A stretch of 64,000 bases of DNA, taken from a virus. This document shows, one piece after another, positions 10,597-21,248 of the stretch (position 1 is the first letter of the stretch; every line of letters begins with the position of its first letter). The stretch lies in IMG/VR virus record IMGVR_UViG_3300020020_000001, positions 1 to 64,000 of that record, one strand, 5' to 3'. The notes below the pieces were generated by a model that saw nothing but the letters and a program-made list of their open reading frames with translations, did not search any database and was not told the DNA's origin. Both the position numbers and the translations under genes were made by a program.

Positions 10597-11859
10597 ATGA
10601 CAATTGGAATTGGTGCTGCCGGTATCGCTGGCATAGCCGTAGAACAGCTATCGCCTCCAGTATTAACTGGTATTCAGCAGGCTGGTGGTGCACTCACGGC
10701 AGGAACCTACAAGTACTATGTTACAGCTATTAACGCTGTAGGAGAAACTTCGGTTTCAAACGAAGTTACAGTTACGACGGCTGCCGCTGACCTGACTGCA
10801 CACCTAACCTGGCCAGCCGTAACTGGTGCTACCGGCTATAAGGTATATCGCACGACTGCTGGCGGTGCTTCTAACACTGAGCTACTGCGGGCCACGCTTG
10901 GTCTCGTCCTTGTTTATGACGACATTGCTGTGGGTGCGCCTGCTGGCGCTTTCCCAACAACGAACACAGCGGTTTCACCTGGTACTTATGCCGCGCCGAC
11001 GAAGTTCTTCCCGTTCAACAGCGAATCTCTCAACTTGATGGAAGACACAGTATGGCGCCGGCCAATTCGGCAGTCTGCTGACATCATTGGCGCTGTGCCT
11101 GGTAATTTCCATCCAGAAGGCGATCTAGCTCTAGAGTCGCTAGAAGACGTGGTGTTGTGGTTCCTGTGGGCTTCACGTACATCTATCGTAAAAACAGGAA
11201 CACTACCTAACTTTATCTACACTATTACACCAACAGCCGCCGCGGTAGCTAATAAGACTCTATCACTTACGCTAGTACGTAATGGTATCGTTTTTGGCTA
11301 CACCGGTATCTGTCTATCTAGCTTCACCTTTGGTATTGACAATGGACTACTAACATTCCAGACTAGTGTGCAAGGCCGCGACGAAACAGTGCAGTCACTG
11401 CCAGTGCCGACGTGGCCAACTACCACACCATTCGGTGCCGGTATGTATACGATTGAAGTTCCAACCGGATCAACTGTTCTTGATACTGATACCTTTGAAT
11501 TTACGGTTGAAGATAATGCAGAAGCACAGTTCCGACTAAAAAGCACTGGTCGTGGAGCACAGTTCATCAAGTATGGTGAGCGCAACTCAACTATGACAAT
11601 GGAACGTGACTTCGAATCTCGTACTGACTATGATCTATTTAAGTCAGTAACAGCACAAAGTGTTACTTTGACTGCGTCCAAAGGTGTCAACAACTCAATT
11701 GGCTTGCTTGCACCAGTAGCTATCAAGGATACTTACGAAGTTGGATTATCTGGACAAGGCGATCTGGTTCGTGCTAGCATTTCCTACCAAAACATCATTG
11801 ATGGTACCGGCAAGTCATGGCAAATCACTATAAAGACGCAGGAAGATATACTTCCGTAA
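10597..11859 (+). CDS. Major tail (tube) protein with inserted N-terminal Ig/FnIII-like domain
   Basis: Position before the TAC and tape measure; beta-rich tail-tube pattern. Confidence 0.85.
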   Translation: MTIGIGAAGIAGIAVEQLSPPVLTGIQQAGGALTAGTYKYYVTAINAVGETSVSNEVTVTTAAADLTAHLTWPAVTGATGYKVYRTTAGGASNTELLRATLGLVLVYDDIAVGAPAGAFPTTNTAVSPGTYAAPTKFFPFNSESLNLMEDTVWRRPIRQSADIIGAVPGNFHPEGDLALESLEDVVLWFLWASRTSIVKTGTLPNFIYTITPTAAAVANKTLSLTLVRNGIVFGYTGICLSSFTFGIDNGLLTFQTSVQGRDETVQSLPVPTWPTTTPFGAGMYTIEVPTGSTVLDTDTFEFTVEDNAEAQFRLKSTGRGAQFIKYGERNSTMTMERDFESRTDYDLFKSVTAQSVTLTASKGVNNSIGLLAPVAIKDTYEVGLSGQGDLVRASISYQNIIDGTGKSWQITIKTQEDILP

Positions 11860-11969
11860 TGCCTTGGTATGAAACCACATTGATAATCTGTCGAACCTTT
11901 ATGATTGGCTCGGCAGCATTGTTTATTGGTTTCATGCTCTCTGATTCTGTAATTAGGAGTAGGAAGAAA

Positions 11970-12586
11970 ATGCCAGCAGCAGTAGTCACAAACACAGTCA
12001 GCGAAAAACTACCTTTACTAAGTGCGCCTCCAGATGGTTACGTTATAGTTCGTAGAATGAACTATGGAGAAGAACTCAAGCGTAGCAACATGGCTGCCAA
12101 ATTCCTCATGAACAGTGATAAAGGATCTAAGGAAATGCAGGGTCAACTCGAAATGCAAACTGAAGAGGTTGCATTTTGGGACTTTGCGAATCTAGTCGTT
12201 GAGCACAACCTGACTGATGCCAATGAGCTGCCACTTAATTTCAAGAACCATGCCCACGTTTCGATGCTTGATGGTGCAATTGGTAGAGAAATTGGTGAAC
12301 TGATTGATGCGTTCAATGGTGCGAAGGAATCAGAAGAAGTAAAAAACTCCTAACTGAGATACGGAAGGCTGTACTAGTTCCTAAGGCACTGGTATCTCAG
12401 GAAGCAATTGCAGTTATTAATATCATACAAATATGTGATAGATTTCATACATTGCCAAATCCAGGTGGATTACTAGATCAAGATAGCCTATTTGTGTTCA
12501 TCATGCATAATTATCTTACTTGGGAAAATGAGCGCGCAGAACTAGACGCGCAGAAAGCGAAGATGTCTAAGAACATTAAGCACTAG
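11970..12586 (+). CDS. Tail assembly chaperone G (11970-12353) and G-T via -1 frameshift
   Basis: Slippery heptamer A AAA AAC at 12341-12347 just before the stop; -1 frame stays open to TAG at 12586 (...CDRFHTLPNPGGLLDQD...). Confidence 0.85.
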
Positions 12587-12593
12587 GGAGCCG

Positions 12594-15146
12594 TTGGTGC
12601 CATTCAGTGCAACTCGCGATCTTTGGCTCGTACTCAAGGCCCGTGATGAAGGTTCACGGGCCATGCGTAGTTTCTCCAGAGACATTCGCATGGTTGGCGA
12701 CAATGTTAGAATGGCTAACCTACAAGCTTCACGTTCCGCACTTATCAACCAAATGGCAACACAGAGACTCACTGGTGCTTCTCAAGCTGACCTACTAGTA
12801 ACTCAACGACGGATTCAGGGTATTGACCAAGAAGTCGGCGCAATGCGAATGGCACGCGCCGAAATGGAAGAAGGAAGAGTATCTGCACAGAAGCTAGGCA
12901 CTGCGCTAAGTGGCGCCTCTGGTATGTTAACGGCTGCTGGTACAGCCTTCACTGCCATTGGTGTTTTTGGTGCAATGGGACTAAAAAGTCTAGTAGACAG
13001 TGCAGTTGCATATGAACAGCAGGCAGCAGCAACTCGGACTCAGGTGGACAAGTTTGCTACTTCACTCAAGGATATCGAAGATATTGGTATCCGAGTAGCT
13101 AGAAGTATTGGTGTTCCATTTGAGCAAATTCAGCCAGCACTGTTCGACATCTTCTCTTCAATGGAAGTAGGCGCAGCCGACGCCGAAGTACTTTTGAACA
13201 CCTTCGCCAAGGCTGCTGTTGCTGGTCAAACCGACATCCAATCAGCTTCGCGCGCAACCATTGGTATTCTTAACGCCTTCCAACTGCCAATCAGCCAGGT
13301 TAATCACCTTATGGATGTGCAGTTCCAGTTGGTGCAGGAAGGTATTGGTACCTACGAAGAGTGGAATGCACGTATCGGTTTGGTTACACCATCAGCAGTT
13401 CGATTTGGTCAGTCTGTAGAAATGATGGCAGCCGCGCTTGCTGCCTCAACCCGTATGGGTATCTCTGCGGCTCGATCAGGTACCTCTGTTGCGCGTGCTA
13501 TGGATGCAATGTCAAACCCCGTAGCCGTGGAGAACCTCAGAGAACTTGGTGTTCAAGCAACAGATGCGGAAGGCAACTTCCGTCCGATGATCGACATTCT
13601 GTTTGAGTTCCGTGACGCGCTCGGCGATATGCCTGAAGAAGACAAGATTTCCAAAATTCTAGAAGTGTTTAAGGGTGCTGGTGGAACGATTGAAGCTCGA
13701 CGCTTCCTCCAGAACATGCTTATTACACCAGGAAACTTGGAGTTGTTCAAGACCATTCTAAGTGAAATGGAAAATGAGTCTGGCTCTTTCGCTTCCGCTT
13801 ATGCAATTATGGCTGATACCACTGCGACCAAAACTCAATTGATGAAAAACCAGTGGGAAACACTAAAGATTACTATGGGTCAAGCACTAAAACCTGTATT
13901 CGAGAAGATAATCGGTTGGCTTGCCCAGCTGTTTGAATGGTACAACAATCTAACACCTGCACAGCAGAGCTTTATTGCCAAGGCTGTTGCTGTTGCAGTA
14001 GTATTGTCACTTATTGGTGGCATTCTATTGCTTGTTGTTGGCGGACTACTCGCCTTTGCTGCTGCTGCGGTTCTGGCTGGTTCATCACTGTTTATTGTTC
14101 TTGGTATACTTGGCGGCATTGCAGCAGGGTTTGTCGCACTAGCTGCGGCTATATATCTGGCATGGGTTAATAGCACTGACTTCCGTACACTTATTAGATA
14201 CATAGCGGATGAACTTACTGCATTCTGGCAGGACACAGTAGTACCCACAGGGGAAGCGATTCGCGCTGCGTTCGAAGACAAAGTGCTACCAGTATTGGAA
14301 AAGCTTTGGGCACTCATTGATACGCGGGTACTGCCGATTGTTCGTCACTTGATGCAATACTTCACTACTGAAGGTCTAGCTGCTCTTGGTCAGGTATTCA
14401 ACGTTATCAAGGACAAAGTAATCTGGGCATTCGAGATGATCGCCAAGATTATTAATGAAAACGTGATTCCAGCCATTGCTTACCTAACCAAATATTACCA
14501 TGAACACGAAGCTGCTATCCACAAGATTATCGATATTTTGATCTTCTTGGGTAAGTGGTTCCTTATCATTGCGGCCATCGTGCTCGGTGTGCTTATTGTA
14601 GTCTTCGTTGGACCACTAGTAGCAGCCTTCCTTGCTGTGGGTGCGGTCATTGGTGTGCTGATCAACTTCGTTGTGCAGCTCATTGAATGGTTCTACCGAA
14701 TCAAGGCAGCAGTTGGTAACGTCATCAATGATATTAAATCATTCGTTCCAGAATTTATTCAGGCTGGCCAGAACATGGTTGATGGACTCATTAGAGGTGT
14801 CACCAATAAGATTCAACAGTTCCGTGATACGATTTACAATCTTGGTGCTAATGCAGTAGGTTGGCTCAAGTCCACGCTTGGTATTGCTTCGCCATCCAAG
14901 GAATTCATGAAGCTTGGTCAGTCTTCGATGGAGGGCTTCATGCTTGGTATGCAAAAGACAATGCCAGCACTAGAAGCTCAGGTAACTTCAAACACAGCTG
15001 GATTAACATCCAGTGATCGAGCTTCTAGCTATGGTGGTAGAGGAAATACCGGTGGAGCTAACCAAATATTCAACATCACTACACAAGAGATAAACCCTAG
15101 ACAGCATGCTGAAGAACTCGGTTGGCTTCTGAACGGGAGGTCATAA
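12594..15146 (+). CDS. Tape measure protein
   Basis: 850 aa Ala/Gly-rich helical protein with TM segments, LGIASPSK motif, follows the TAC. Confidence 0.93.
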   Translation: MVPFSATRDLWLVLKARDEGSRAMRSFSRDIRMVGDNVRMANLQASRSALINQMATQRLTGASQADLLVTQRRIQGIDQEVGAMRMARAEMEEGRVSAQKLGTALSGASGMLTAAGTAFTAIGVFGAMGLKSLVDSAVAYEQQAAATRTQVDKFATSLKDIEDIGIRVARSIGVPFEQIQPALFDIFSSMEVGAADAEVLLNTFAKAAVAGQTDIQSASRATIGILNAFQLPISQVNHLMDVQFQLVQEGIGTYEEWNARIGLVTPSAVRFGQSVEMMAAALAASTRMGISAARSGTSVARAMDAMSNPVAVENLRELGVQATDAEGNFRPMIDILFEFRDALGDMPEEDKISKILEVFKGAGGTIEARRFLQNMLITPGNLELFKTILSEMENESGSFASAYAIMADTTATKTQLMKNQWETLKITMGQALKPVFEKIIGWLAQLFEWYNNLTPAQQSFIAKAVAVAVVLSLIGGILLLVVGGLLAFAAAAVLAGSSLFIVLGILGGIAAGFVALAAAIYLAWVNSTDFRTLIRYIADELTAFWQDTVVPTGEAIRAAFEDKVLPVLEKLWALIDTRVLPIVRHLMQYFTTEGLAALGQVFNVIKDKVIWAFEMIAKIINENVIPAIAYLTKYYHEHEAAIHKIIDILIFLGKWFLIIAAIVLGVLIVVFVGPLVAAFLAVGAVIGVLINFVVQLIEWFYRIKAAVGNVINDIKSFVPEFIQAGQNMVDGLIRGVTNKIQQFRDTIYNLGANAVGWLKSTLGIASPSKEFMKLGQSSMEGFMLGMQKTMPALEAQVTSNTAGLTSSDRASSYGGRGNTGGANQIFNITTQEINPRQHAEELGWLLNGRS

Positions 15147-16006
15147 TGTCGATTGGCCTCAATGAGTATACGTTTCAGCTTGATGCCGCTGGTGTTACTT
15201 TAAATACAGATGCCACGCTTCCTTTCGTAGACATTGAAAGGGTAAGCGGTTTAGATAGTGCACCGTACAGAGAAACACTGCGTGACCACGAAGGTACAGA
15301 CGGTGGCTTCTTAGATGCAGAATTCGAAAAGGGACGAGATGTCATTCTAGAAGGTATCGTCTATGCTGATTCTGGTACTATTGAATCTTATCTCGATAGT
15401 CTAAAAGAGAATTATGCGCCAGTACAAACACCAATACCGTTTTATCTAAAGGCTCCTGGTGTAGATGAGCGAGTAGTGTTTGTTAAACCTCGTGGTGTTC
15501 GTTATGACTGGGCGACTGCGCGCAGACTTGGCATCACTAATGCGCAATTCTTAATGTATGCAGAAGACCCAAGAATATATGACTCGAACTTACTGAATTC
15601 GGTTATCAATTATGGCGGCTCATCGGGTTTGGGTCTTGCCTTTAACGTTGGATTCAATGTTAACTTTGGTGGTGGAGCCACACCTGCTGGTACAACACTT
15701 ACCAATTCAGGTAACAGACCGACTCCAATTATTTTCCTAATCACAGGACCAATCGTTAATCCAGTTATCACCAATAGTACATCTGGTCACTCGCTTGGTT
15801 TCACAATAGAATTACTCACTGGGGAAACGCTAACTGTGGATACATTAAATAGAACAGTTTATCTGAACACTAGCTTGAATAGAAGAAATACCTTAACGAA
15901 TCCGGATTGGTTCTTCTTAGATCCTGGTGCAAACACTATTGTGTTTGGTGGTACTAGCGGTACCGGTAGTACACTTAGCATCTCCTACCGATCAGCTTGG
16001 CGGTGA
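15146..16006 (+). CDS. Distal tail (Dit)-like minor tail protein
   Basis: Follows the TMP; AEDPRIY, NSGNRPT, WFFLDPGANTI motifs. Confidence 0.8.
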   Translation: MSIGLNEYTFQLDAAGVTLNTDATLPFVDIERVSGLDSAPYRETLRDHEGTDGGFLDAEFEKGRDVILEGIVYADSGTIESYLDSLKENYAPVQTPIPFYLKAPGVDERVVFVKPRGVRYDWATARRLGITNAQFLMYAEDPRIYDSNLLNSVINYGGSSGLGLAFNVGFNVNFGGGATPAGTTLTNSGNRPTPIIFLITGPIVNPVITNSTSGHSLGFTIELLTGETLTVDTLNRTVYLNTSLNRRNTLTNPDWFFLDPGANTIVFGGTSGTGSTLSISYRSAWR

Positions 16007-16012
16007 TTTATA

Positions 16013-17167
16013 ATGGCAGTTATTAACCCATGTGGTTATTTGCAGAATGCTGGAGCTACCCATACTGCTGAGCAGTTTCGGAATTGGATGGGTGCGCTTA
16101 CTGGTGGTAAGGTAAGCACTACCTCACTAATTTCTCGTGGTGGTGTAAAACACGATTCTGGTAGTGCACTCCAGGTTACTCAGTCAGGCTCGCCTGCCAT
16201 GTCTGTTATTGTCAAGTCTGGACATGCAGCCATTTCTGGTACTGAGGGTAGCAAGCAAGGTGTCTACCTAGTAATGAACGATGCTGATGTTACGCTCAGC
16301 ATTTCGGCGGCCCATGCTACTCTAAACCGTATTGACAGTGTGGTCTTCAAGGTTGAAGATGCTGCTTATTCGGGCGCGGCAAATACTAGCTCACTTGTTG
16401 TAGTGACTGGTACTCCGGCTGGTTCGCCCGTGGCTCCAACACTACCAGCTAACTCACTAGAGCTTGCTCGTGTATCAGTGGTAGCGCTTGATACCTCTAT
16501 TACCAATGGTGAGATCACCGACAGACGTACATATTTGGCAGCCACTGGTGGAGTGATTACTGCAACGAGCGGTCTGCGACCAGCAGCAAACACAGTAACA
16601 AGTGGACAACGAATCTACGAAACTGACACAGCTAGATCGTATATCACGCACGACGCTGGCACCACCTGGTCTTTGTTACCAAACAATTATCTAGCACGGA
16701 ATACTTTGTCTGGAACGGCTGCATCAGTTACGTTTAGCAGCATTCCAACCAATTTGCGAACAGTGACAGTGAGATATCGTGCTCGGTCTAACTCTGGAGC
16801 AATCACTAACGTTAACATGACCATTAATGGTAGCGCTGCTGCATCTTATACCCAGTATAGCGCAGGATCGACAGATGGTGCAGATGTTACTCCAGCCGGT
16901 GGTGGAGGACTGACAAGCGCAGGAGTTGGACTAGTTCCAGGTACTACTACTCGATTCTCTGCTAATGAGATCATGTTCACGTCCTGGGACATTACTACTT
17001 TGCTGCAATGGCATTATAGAATGTATGCCTTCGATGGTAACCTCTATATCCGCCACGGAGGTGGCAACTTCGACGTGGCAGGCCCATACACTAGCATCAC
17101 TCTTACTCCATCGGCTGGCAGCTTCGTCTCTGGATCTGACTTCCAGTTGGAAGGCATCTACGCGTAA
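16013..17167 (+). CDS. Minor tail protein
   Basis: LNRIDSVV, P.LPANSLELA, ITDRR motifs typical of actinophage minor tail proteins. Confidence 0.75.
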   Translation: MAVINPCGYLQNAGATHTAEQFRNWMGALTGGKVSTTSLISRGGVKHDSGSALQVTQSGSPAMSVIVKSGHAAISGTEGSKQGVYLVMNDADVTLSISAAHATLNRIDSVVFKVEDAAYSGAANTSSLVVVTGTPAGSPVAPTLPANSLELARVSVVALDTSITNGEITDRRTYLAATGGVITATSGLRPAANTVTSGQRIYETDTARSYITHDAGTTWSLLPNNYLARNTLSGTAASVTFSSIPTNLRTVTVRYRARSNSGAITNVNMTINGSAAASYTQYSAGSTDGADVTPAGGGGLTSAGVGLVPGTTTRFSANEIMFTSWDITTLLQWHYRMYAFDGNLYIRHGGGNFDVAGPYTSITLTPSAGSFVSGSDFQLEGIYA

Positions 17168-17179
17168 GGAGAGGTGAGT

Positions 17180-17305
17180 ATGACAGAGCCACGCACGGAG
17201 GAAACCGTCCAAGAGCAATTTCCAGACCGTGGTCAGCGTCCTTCTGACGCTGTGGTTGTCGATGAGAATGCTGACCCCGCACCTAACACTGGACATCCAG
17301 AATGA
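17180..17305 (+). CDS. Small acidic protein (41 aa) coupled to the endolysin
   Basis: AGGAGAGGTG RBS; ATGA overlap with the endolysin start. Confidence 0.45.
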   Translation: MTEPRTEETVQEQFPDRGQRPSDAVVVDENADPAPNTGHPE

Positions 17306-18240
17306 GTACTAATCCAATGCTGTGGGTAGGTTACCCACGAAGCTATACTGCCGGTCGCGCTCGGTCAGTACAGTATGTTACATTGCACTATACTGCTGGT
17401 AGTGAAGGACCAACTTCTGCTGAAGGTGGAGCCAACTACGACAAGACCCGTACCGATGGTACGTCCTGTCACGCATTCTTTGACTCATCTGGACCTGGTT
17501 TGCAAGAAGTACCGTTTGGTGATAGGTCACACTCAGCCTATTTCCATGGTAATGAGATTGGTGTGCATTACGAGATTTGTGGCACCATACAAACTAGGGC
17601 TCAGTGGCTTGATCCGACTTCGATGGCAACATTGAAGACTTGTGCACAGGCTGTTGCGTATGCTTGTGAAGCCTTAGGACTACAGAAGCGTAGACTGTCT
17701 GTAGATGAGACCCGGGCTGCGTATTTTGGCGCATCTGGACAACGGCCTACGGGTATCAACGACCATTGGACGATCACAAAAGCATATCCGGAAGATCCAG
17801 GTAACCACACTGATGTTGGTGCGGAGTTTCCATGGGATGTTTTCATGGATATGGTGACCGGTGGAACAATTAAGGAGGATGTTGACATGCCCGCAGTATT
17901 CAAGATCAAGCCATACAAAGAATCTGACGGATCATCTGGGAAATTCTCCAATCGTTATGGTGTTAGTAACGGTCCAACATTTTATTGGCTTCCAGTTGGT
18001 CCAGCGTCAGATCCAAACCTATACGTGCGTGCTTGCACTGGGTTGTATGATATACCAATGACCGAAGGTTCTGGCGGCGCAATTAAGAGTTACGATATTG
18101 CTTGGATGCCTGGCGCCGGCACTGAAGTTCCATGGTCAGGGTCTGGTGGTGTTGCAACAGCGGTAAAGCTCACAGCAGATGGTGAAAAGCAGGTTTACGA
18201 CCAGGCACTCAAGGCTGCGCAGAGTGCTGAGGATAGCTAA
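17302..18240 (+). CDS. Endolysin, N-acetylmuramoyl-L-alanine amidase (Amidase_2)
   Basis: VTLHYTAG, SCH, H..EICG, GINDH, NHTDVG..FPWD Zn-amidase motifs. Confidence 0.88.
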   Translation: MSTNPMLWVGYPRSYTAGRARSVQYVTLHYTAGSEGPTSAEGGANYDKTRTDGTSCHAFFDSSGPGLQEVPFGDRSHSAYFHGNEIGVHYEICGTIQTRAQWLDPTSMATLKTCAQAVAYACEALGLQKRRLSVDETRAAYFGASGQRPTGINDHWTITKAYPEDPGNHTDVGAEFPWDVFMDMVTGGTIKEDVDMPAVFKIKPYKESDGSSGKFSNRYGVSNGPTFYWLPVGPASDPNLYVRACTGLYDIPMTEGSGGAIKSYDIAWMPGAGTEVPWSGSGGVATAVKLTADGEKQVYDQALKAAQSAEDS

Positions 18241-18243
18241 TTC

Positions 18244-19332
18244 GTGACTGACTACCGATACATTTTTGGAACTCTTCGAACCGAGCAAGTCATCGAAGAG
18301 ATAGCTTGCTATGGCGTCATAATGAATATGGCCATCAATCTTGGTGGCGATTTTCAAGGCACGTTCCAGCTAGACCAGACTGGTAAAGACAATGATTCAT
18401 TACTTTCCGCTTGTGTGCCAGGTAAAACTTGGATAGCAGTGGAACGTAATGGAGTCGCGATCTGGCATGGTTATATTTGGAGTCGTGTGTATTCGGCGCA
18501 GTCCAAATCTGTGCAATTATTTGCACAAAGTTTTGAACACTATCCTAAAAAGCGCATCATTCGCAGTGATCTTACATATTCTGGAGTGGACCAGCGAAAT
18601 ATCTTCCGCGACCTGTGGGATCAGATGCAAGCACCGGTTGGTGGAAATGCCAACATCAATGTACCTTCAGCATTTTCCACTTTGGTGCCTATTGATTTAA
18701 CAATCTTGGCTACAGAATTCAAGTACTATGATAATGTTATGACTTCACTATCGAATGCCGTTGATGGTTTTGACTGGTACATATCAGTTACTAAAGATGG
18801 AATTCTATATCGTAAGGATTTGCGCATTGGTTATCCAACACTTGGAACCAGTGAGAGTCCAGGAATGACAGTGTTTGAGTATCCAGGAAACATTACACAA
18901 TACTACTTAACTGAACCGATGGCGGACGCTGGTACCCACATCTATGTTATAGGTGCTGGAGAAGGCTCAGACATGCTTATTGGTACCTATATTAATACGG
19001 ATGCTATCAGTGGTGGTTCACTTATTTGGGATGCAAATGTAAGTCGTAAGGATATAAATTCACAGGAACTTCTTGATGGACTAGCGGCACAAGAAGGACA
19101 TATTAGAACTCCTCCAATGTCAGTGATAAAGATGAATGTAAAAGGTAATCTTGCGCCTGAGTTTGGTAGCTACAACCTTGGTGACGCTTGTAAGATTGTC
19201 ATCAGGGACCCACGTTGGCCGGGTAATGGTTTTTCTTCTGTAAAGAGATTACTTAAATGGGAACTTAAACCGCAATCATCTGAGTCTACCGAAGAGGCAA
19301 TGCTAGTATTCGAAGGAGACCCTGATCTATAA
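18244..19332 (+). CDS. Minor tail/baseplate hub protein
   Basis: ERNG..IW.G.IW, GFDW, FEYPGNI, YNLGD motifs. Confidence 0.75.
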   Translation: MTDYRYIFGTLRTEQVIEEIACYGVIMNMAINLGGDFQGTFQLDQTGKDNDSLLSACVPGKTWIAVERNGVAIWHGYIWSRVYSAQSKSVQLFAQSFEHYPKKRIIRSDLTYSGVDQRNIFRDLWDQMQAPVGGNANINVPSAFSTLVPIDLTILATEFKYYDNVMTSLSNAVDGFDWYISVTKDGILYRKDLRIGYPTLGTSESPGMTVFEYPGNITQYYLTEPMADAGTHIYVIGAGEGSDMLIGTYINTDAISGGSLIWDANVSRKDINSQELLDGLAAQEGHIRTPPMSVIKMNVKGNLAPEFGSYNLGDACKIVIRDPRWPGNGFSSVKRLLKWELKPQSSESTEEAMLVFEGDPDL

Positions 19333-20009
19333 TGTCAAGATACCGTGAAGAGCCTCAAGACTTAGTTGATAGGGTCTTAGCGCTAGAGCGGCGTCTAACG
19401 ACTCTTGAGAATAACCCACAGACTGGCAATACTACCATTGACACAGGAACATTGAAAATCAAGGACGCAACTGGAAGTGTTCGAGTACAAATAGGCTTAC
19501 TGAGTGATGGTACCTATGGTATTGAAGTTAAGGAAACTGGTCAGGATATCTTCCACCAGGTCCCATACATCTTCTCTTCAACCATTGACACATTCCAGAG
19601 CACAACCTCTGTAAGCTTTACGGACTTGGCGACAGTTGGACCTGTGCAACTAGTTCCAATTCGGTCCACTGGTAGAGTACTTGTGATGGTGTCATCACAA
19701 GTCCAATGGCCATCTAACGCTTACAGTTCAGGTCCAGTTACTCAGGGTGGATACGTAACGATATCCGCCTCTGGTGCAAATACTATAACGACAGCACAAG
19801 GAAGCGTAAAGCTCCTTCCAATGCATCTGTGGTCATGGGGATTGTCTGGTGGAATTCAGTTCTCCAACACATCAACTATGATGAGTACGAGTGCTGCTGT
19901 GTTTAGCGGTCTAAACGCAGGAGACACAACGTTCACCGTGAAGTATTCTTCACCTGGTGGAGGCACAACCGAGTTTGGTAGACGCAATCTTACTATCTTT
20001 GCTCTGTAG
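19332..20009 (+). CDS. Minor tail protein
   Basis: N-terminal coiled coil LERRLTTLE, VRVQIGLL.DG.YG. Confidence 0.65.
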   Translation: MSRYREEPQDLVDRVLALERRLTTLENNPQTGNTTIDTGTLKIKDATGSVRVQIGLLSDGTYGIEVKETGQDIFHQVPYIFSSTIDTFQSTTSVSFTDLATVGPVQLVPIRSTGRVLVMVSSQVQWPSNAYSSGPVTQGGYVTISASGANTITTAQGSVKLLPMHLWSWGLSGGIQFSNTSTMMSTSAAVFSGLNAGDTTFTVKYSSPGGGTTEFGRRNLTIFAL

Positions 20010-20019
20010 GAGGTGATAT

Positions 20020-20373
20020 ATGACAACGGCCAGAAGTAATATCACCATCCAACAAGGTGCCAAATTTGAATTTAACATCGGAGCAACCAATTCCGATGGC
20101 ACTGTTAAGGACCTCACTGGCTATTCAGCTAGAATGCAAGTTAGAGCAACGCCTTTATCACTTACAACATTGCTCGATGCTAATACAACTAATGGTCGTA
20201 TCACAATCAATGCACCTGGCGGTATCGTCATGGTGGCTGTGGGTGCAGATGTAACAGCATTACTTAATTGGAATGTTGCATACTATGACCTAGAAATTTA
20301 TACAGTAGACCCAACGAACGTAATACGGCTCGTAGAAGGTTACGCTTCTCTGAGCAGGGAGGTCACTAGATAA
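20020..20373 (+). CDS. Virion structural protein (BppU-like Ig domain)
   Basis: I.QGA.F, DLTGYSARMQVR, YYDLEI, RLVEG motifs. Confidence 0.65.
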   Translation: MTTARSNITIQQGAKFEFNIGATNSDGTVKDLTGYSARMQVRATPLSLTTLLDANTTNGRITINAPGGIVMVAVGADVTALLNWNVAYYDLEIYTVDPTNVIRLVEGYASLSREVTR

Positions 20374-21230
20374 TGACCAATGTACTTTTTGAGCTAGCGC
20401 GTGAAAAGTTTTTGGGTGGCACCCTAGACTGGGACACGCAGACCTTTTCTGCGGTGCTGCTCGACCTGTCCGTTTCTGATGCTGGAATTCGTCAGATCAC
20501 CAGCTCTACCAACGCTACACCGATTGTGGTAACAACCGCAGTTGCACATGGCTTTACCACAGGAGACATTGTTTATGTAGACGGTATTACGACGGGGACC
20601 TCTGGCAATGGCCTGTGGGCGATTACGGCAGCTTCGGGATCTGTTTTTAGTCTTACTGATCCTATCACTGGCACTAACGCTGTTGGTAACGGTGTCGGCT
20701 CTGGCGGTTATTGTGTCAACTTAGGTCGTTCTACTTCTGCTGACTTCTTTGACGACTTTGATGCGGCACTTGTAGGCTCTAAGGTTAACCTAACATCGCC
20801 AACAATTGTTGGTGGGGTTGCCGACGCAGCCGACGTCACGTTTACTTCGGTATCAGGTGCCTCGGTTGAGGCTGTTGGTATCATTCGTGATACTGGTGCT
20901 AATGGTACTTCCGAAATGGTAGCACTCATCACAGGTAAGCACATTGTGGTCTGTAATACTAACTTAGCGGCTGGGACGACACTTCTCGTTGAGCCGATTA
21001 AGTATGCAATTCCGAACGGTACTGTACTAGCATTCTCTACTGGACAGTCTGCTACCATGACTGCACTAGCTAATGCTGGAGATCGTTCACTGACTGTATC
21101 ATCTACGACTGTAACCGCAGGCGCTAAAGCGCTTGCACCAGCAACAGGATCAGGATTACCAGTAACTCCAAACGGTGGCAACATCGTGGTAACCTGGGAC
21201 AATGGTGCGAATCGGATTTTCAAGCTCTAA
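20373..21230 (+). CDS. Minor tail/structural protein
   Basis: AHGFTTGD insert; C-terminal GLPVTPNGGNIVVTWDNGANRIFKL. Confidence 0.65.
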   Translation: MTNVLFELAREKFLGGTLDWDTQTFSAVLLDLSVSDAGIRQITSSTNATPIVVTTAVAHGFTTGDIVYVDGITTGTSGNGLWAITAASGSVFSLTDPITGTNAVGNGVGSGGYCVNLGRSTSADFFDDFDAALVGSKVNLTSPTIVGGVADAADVTFTSVSGASVEAVGIIRDTGANGTSEMVALITGKHIVVCNTNLAAGTTLLVEPIKYAIPNGTVLAFSTGQSATMTALANAGDRSLTVSSTTVTAGAKALAPATGSGLPVTPNGGNIVVTWDNGANRIFKL

Positions 21231-21248
21231 TTATAATAAGAAGGTAAA

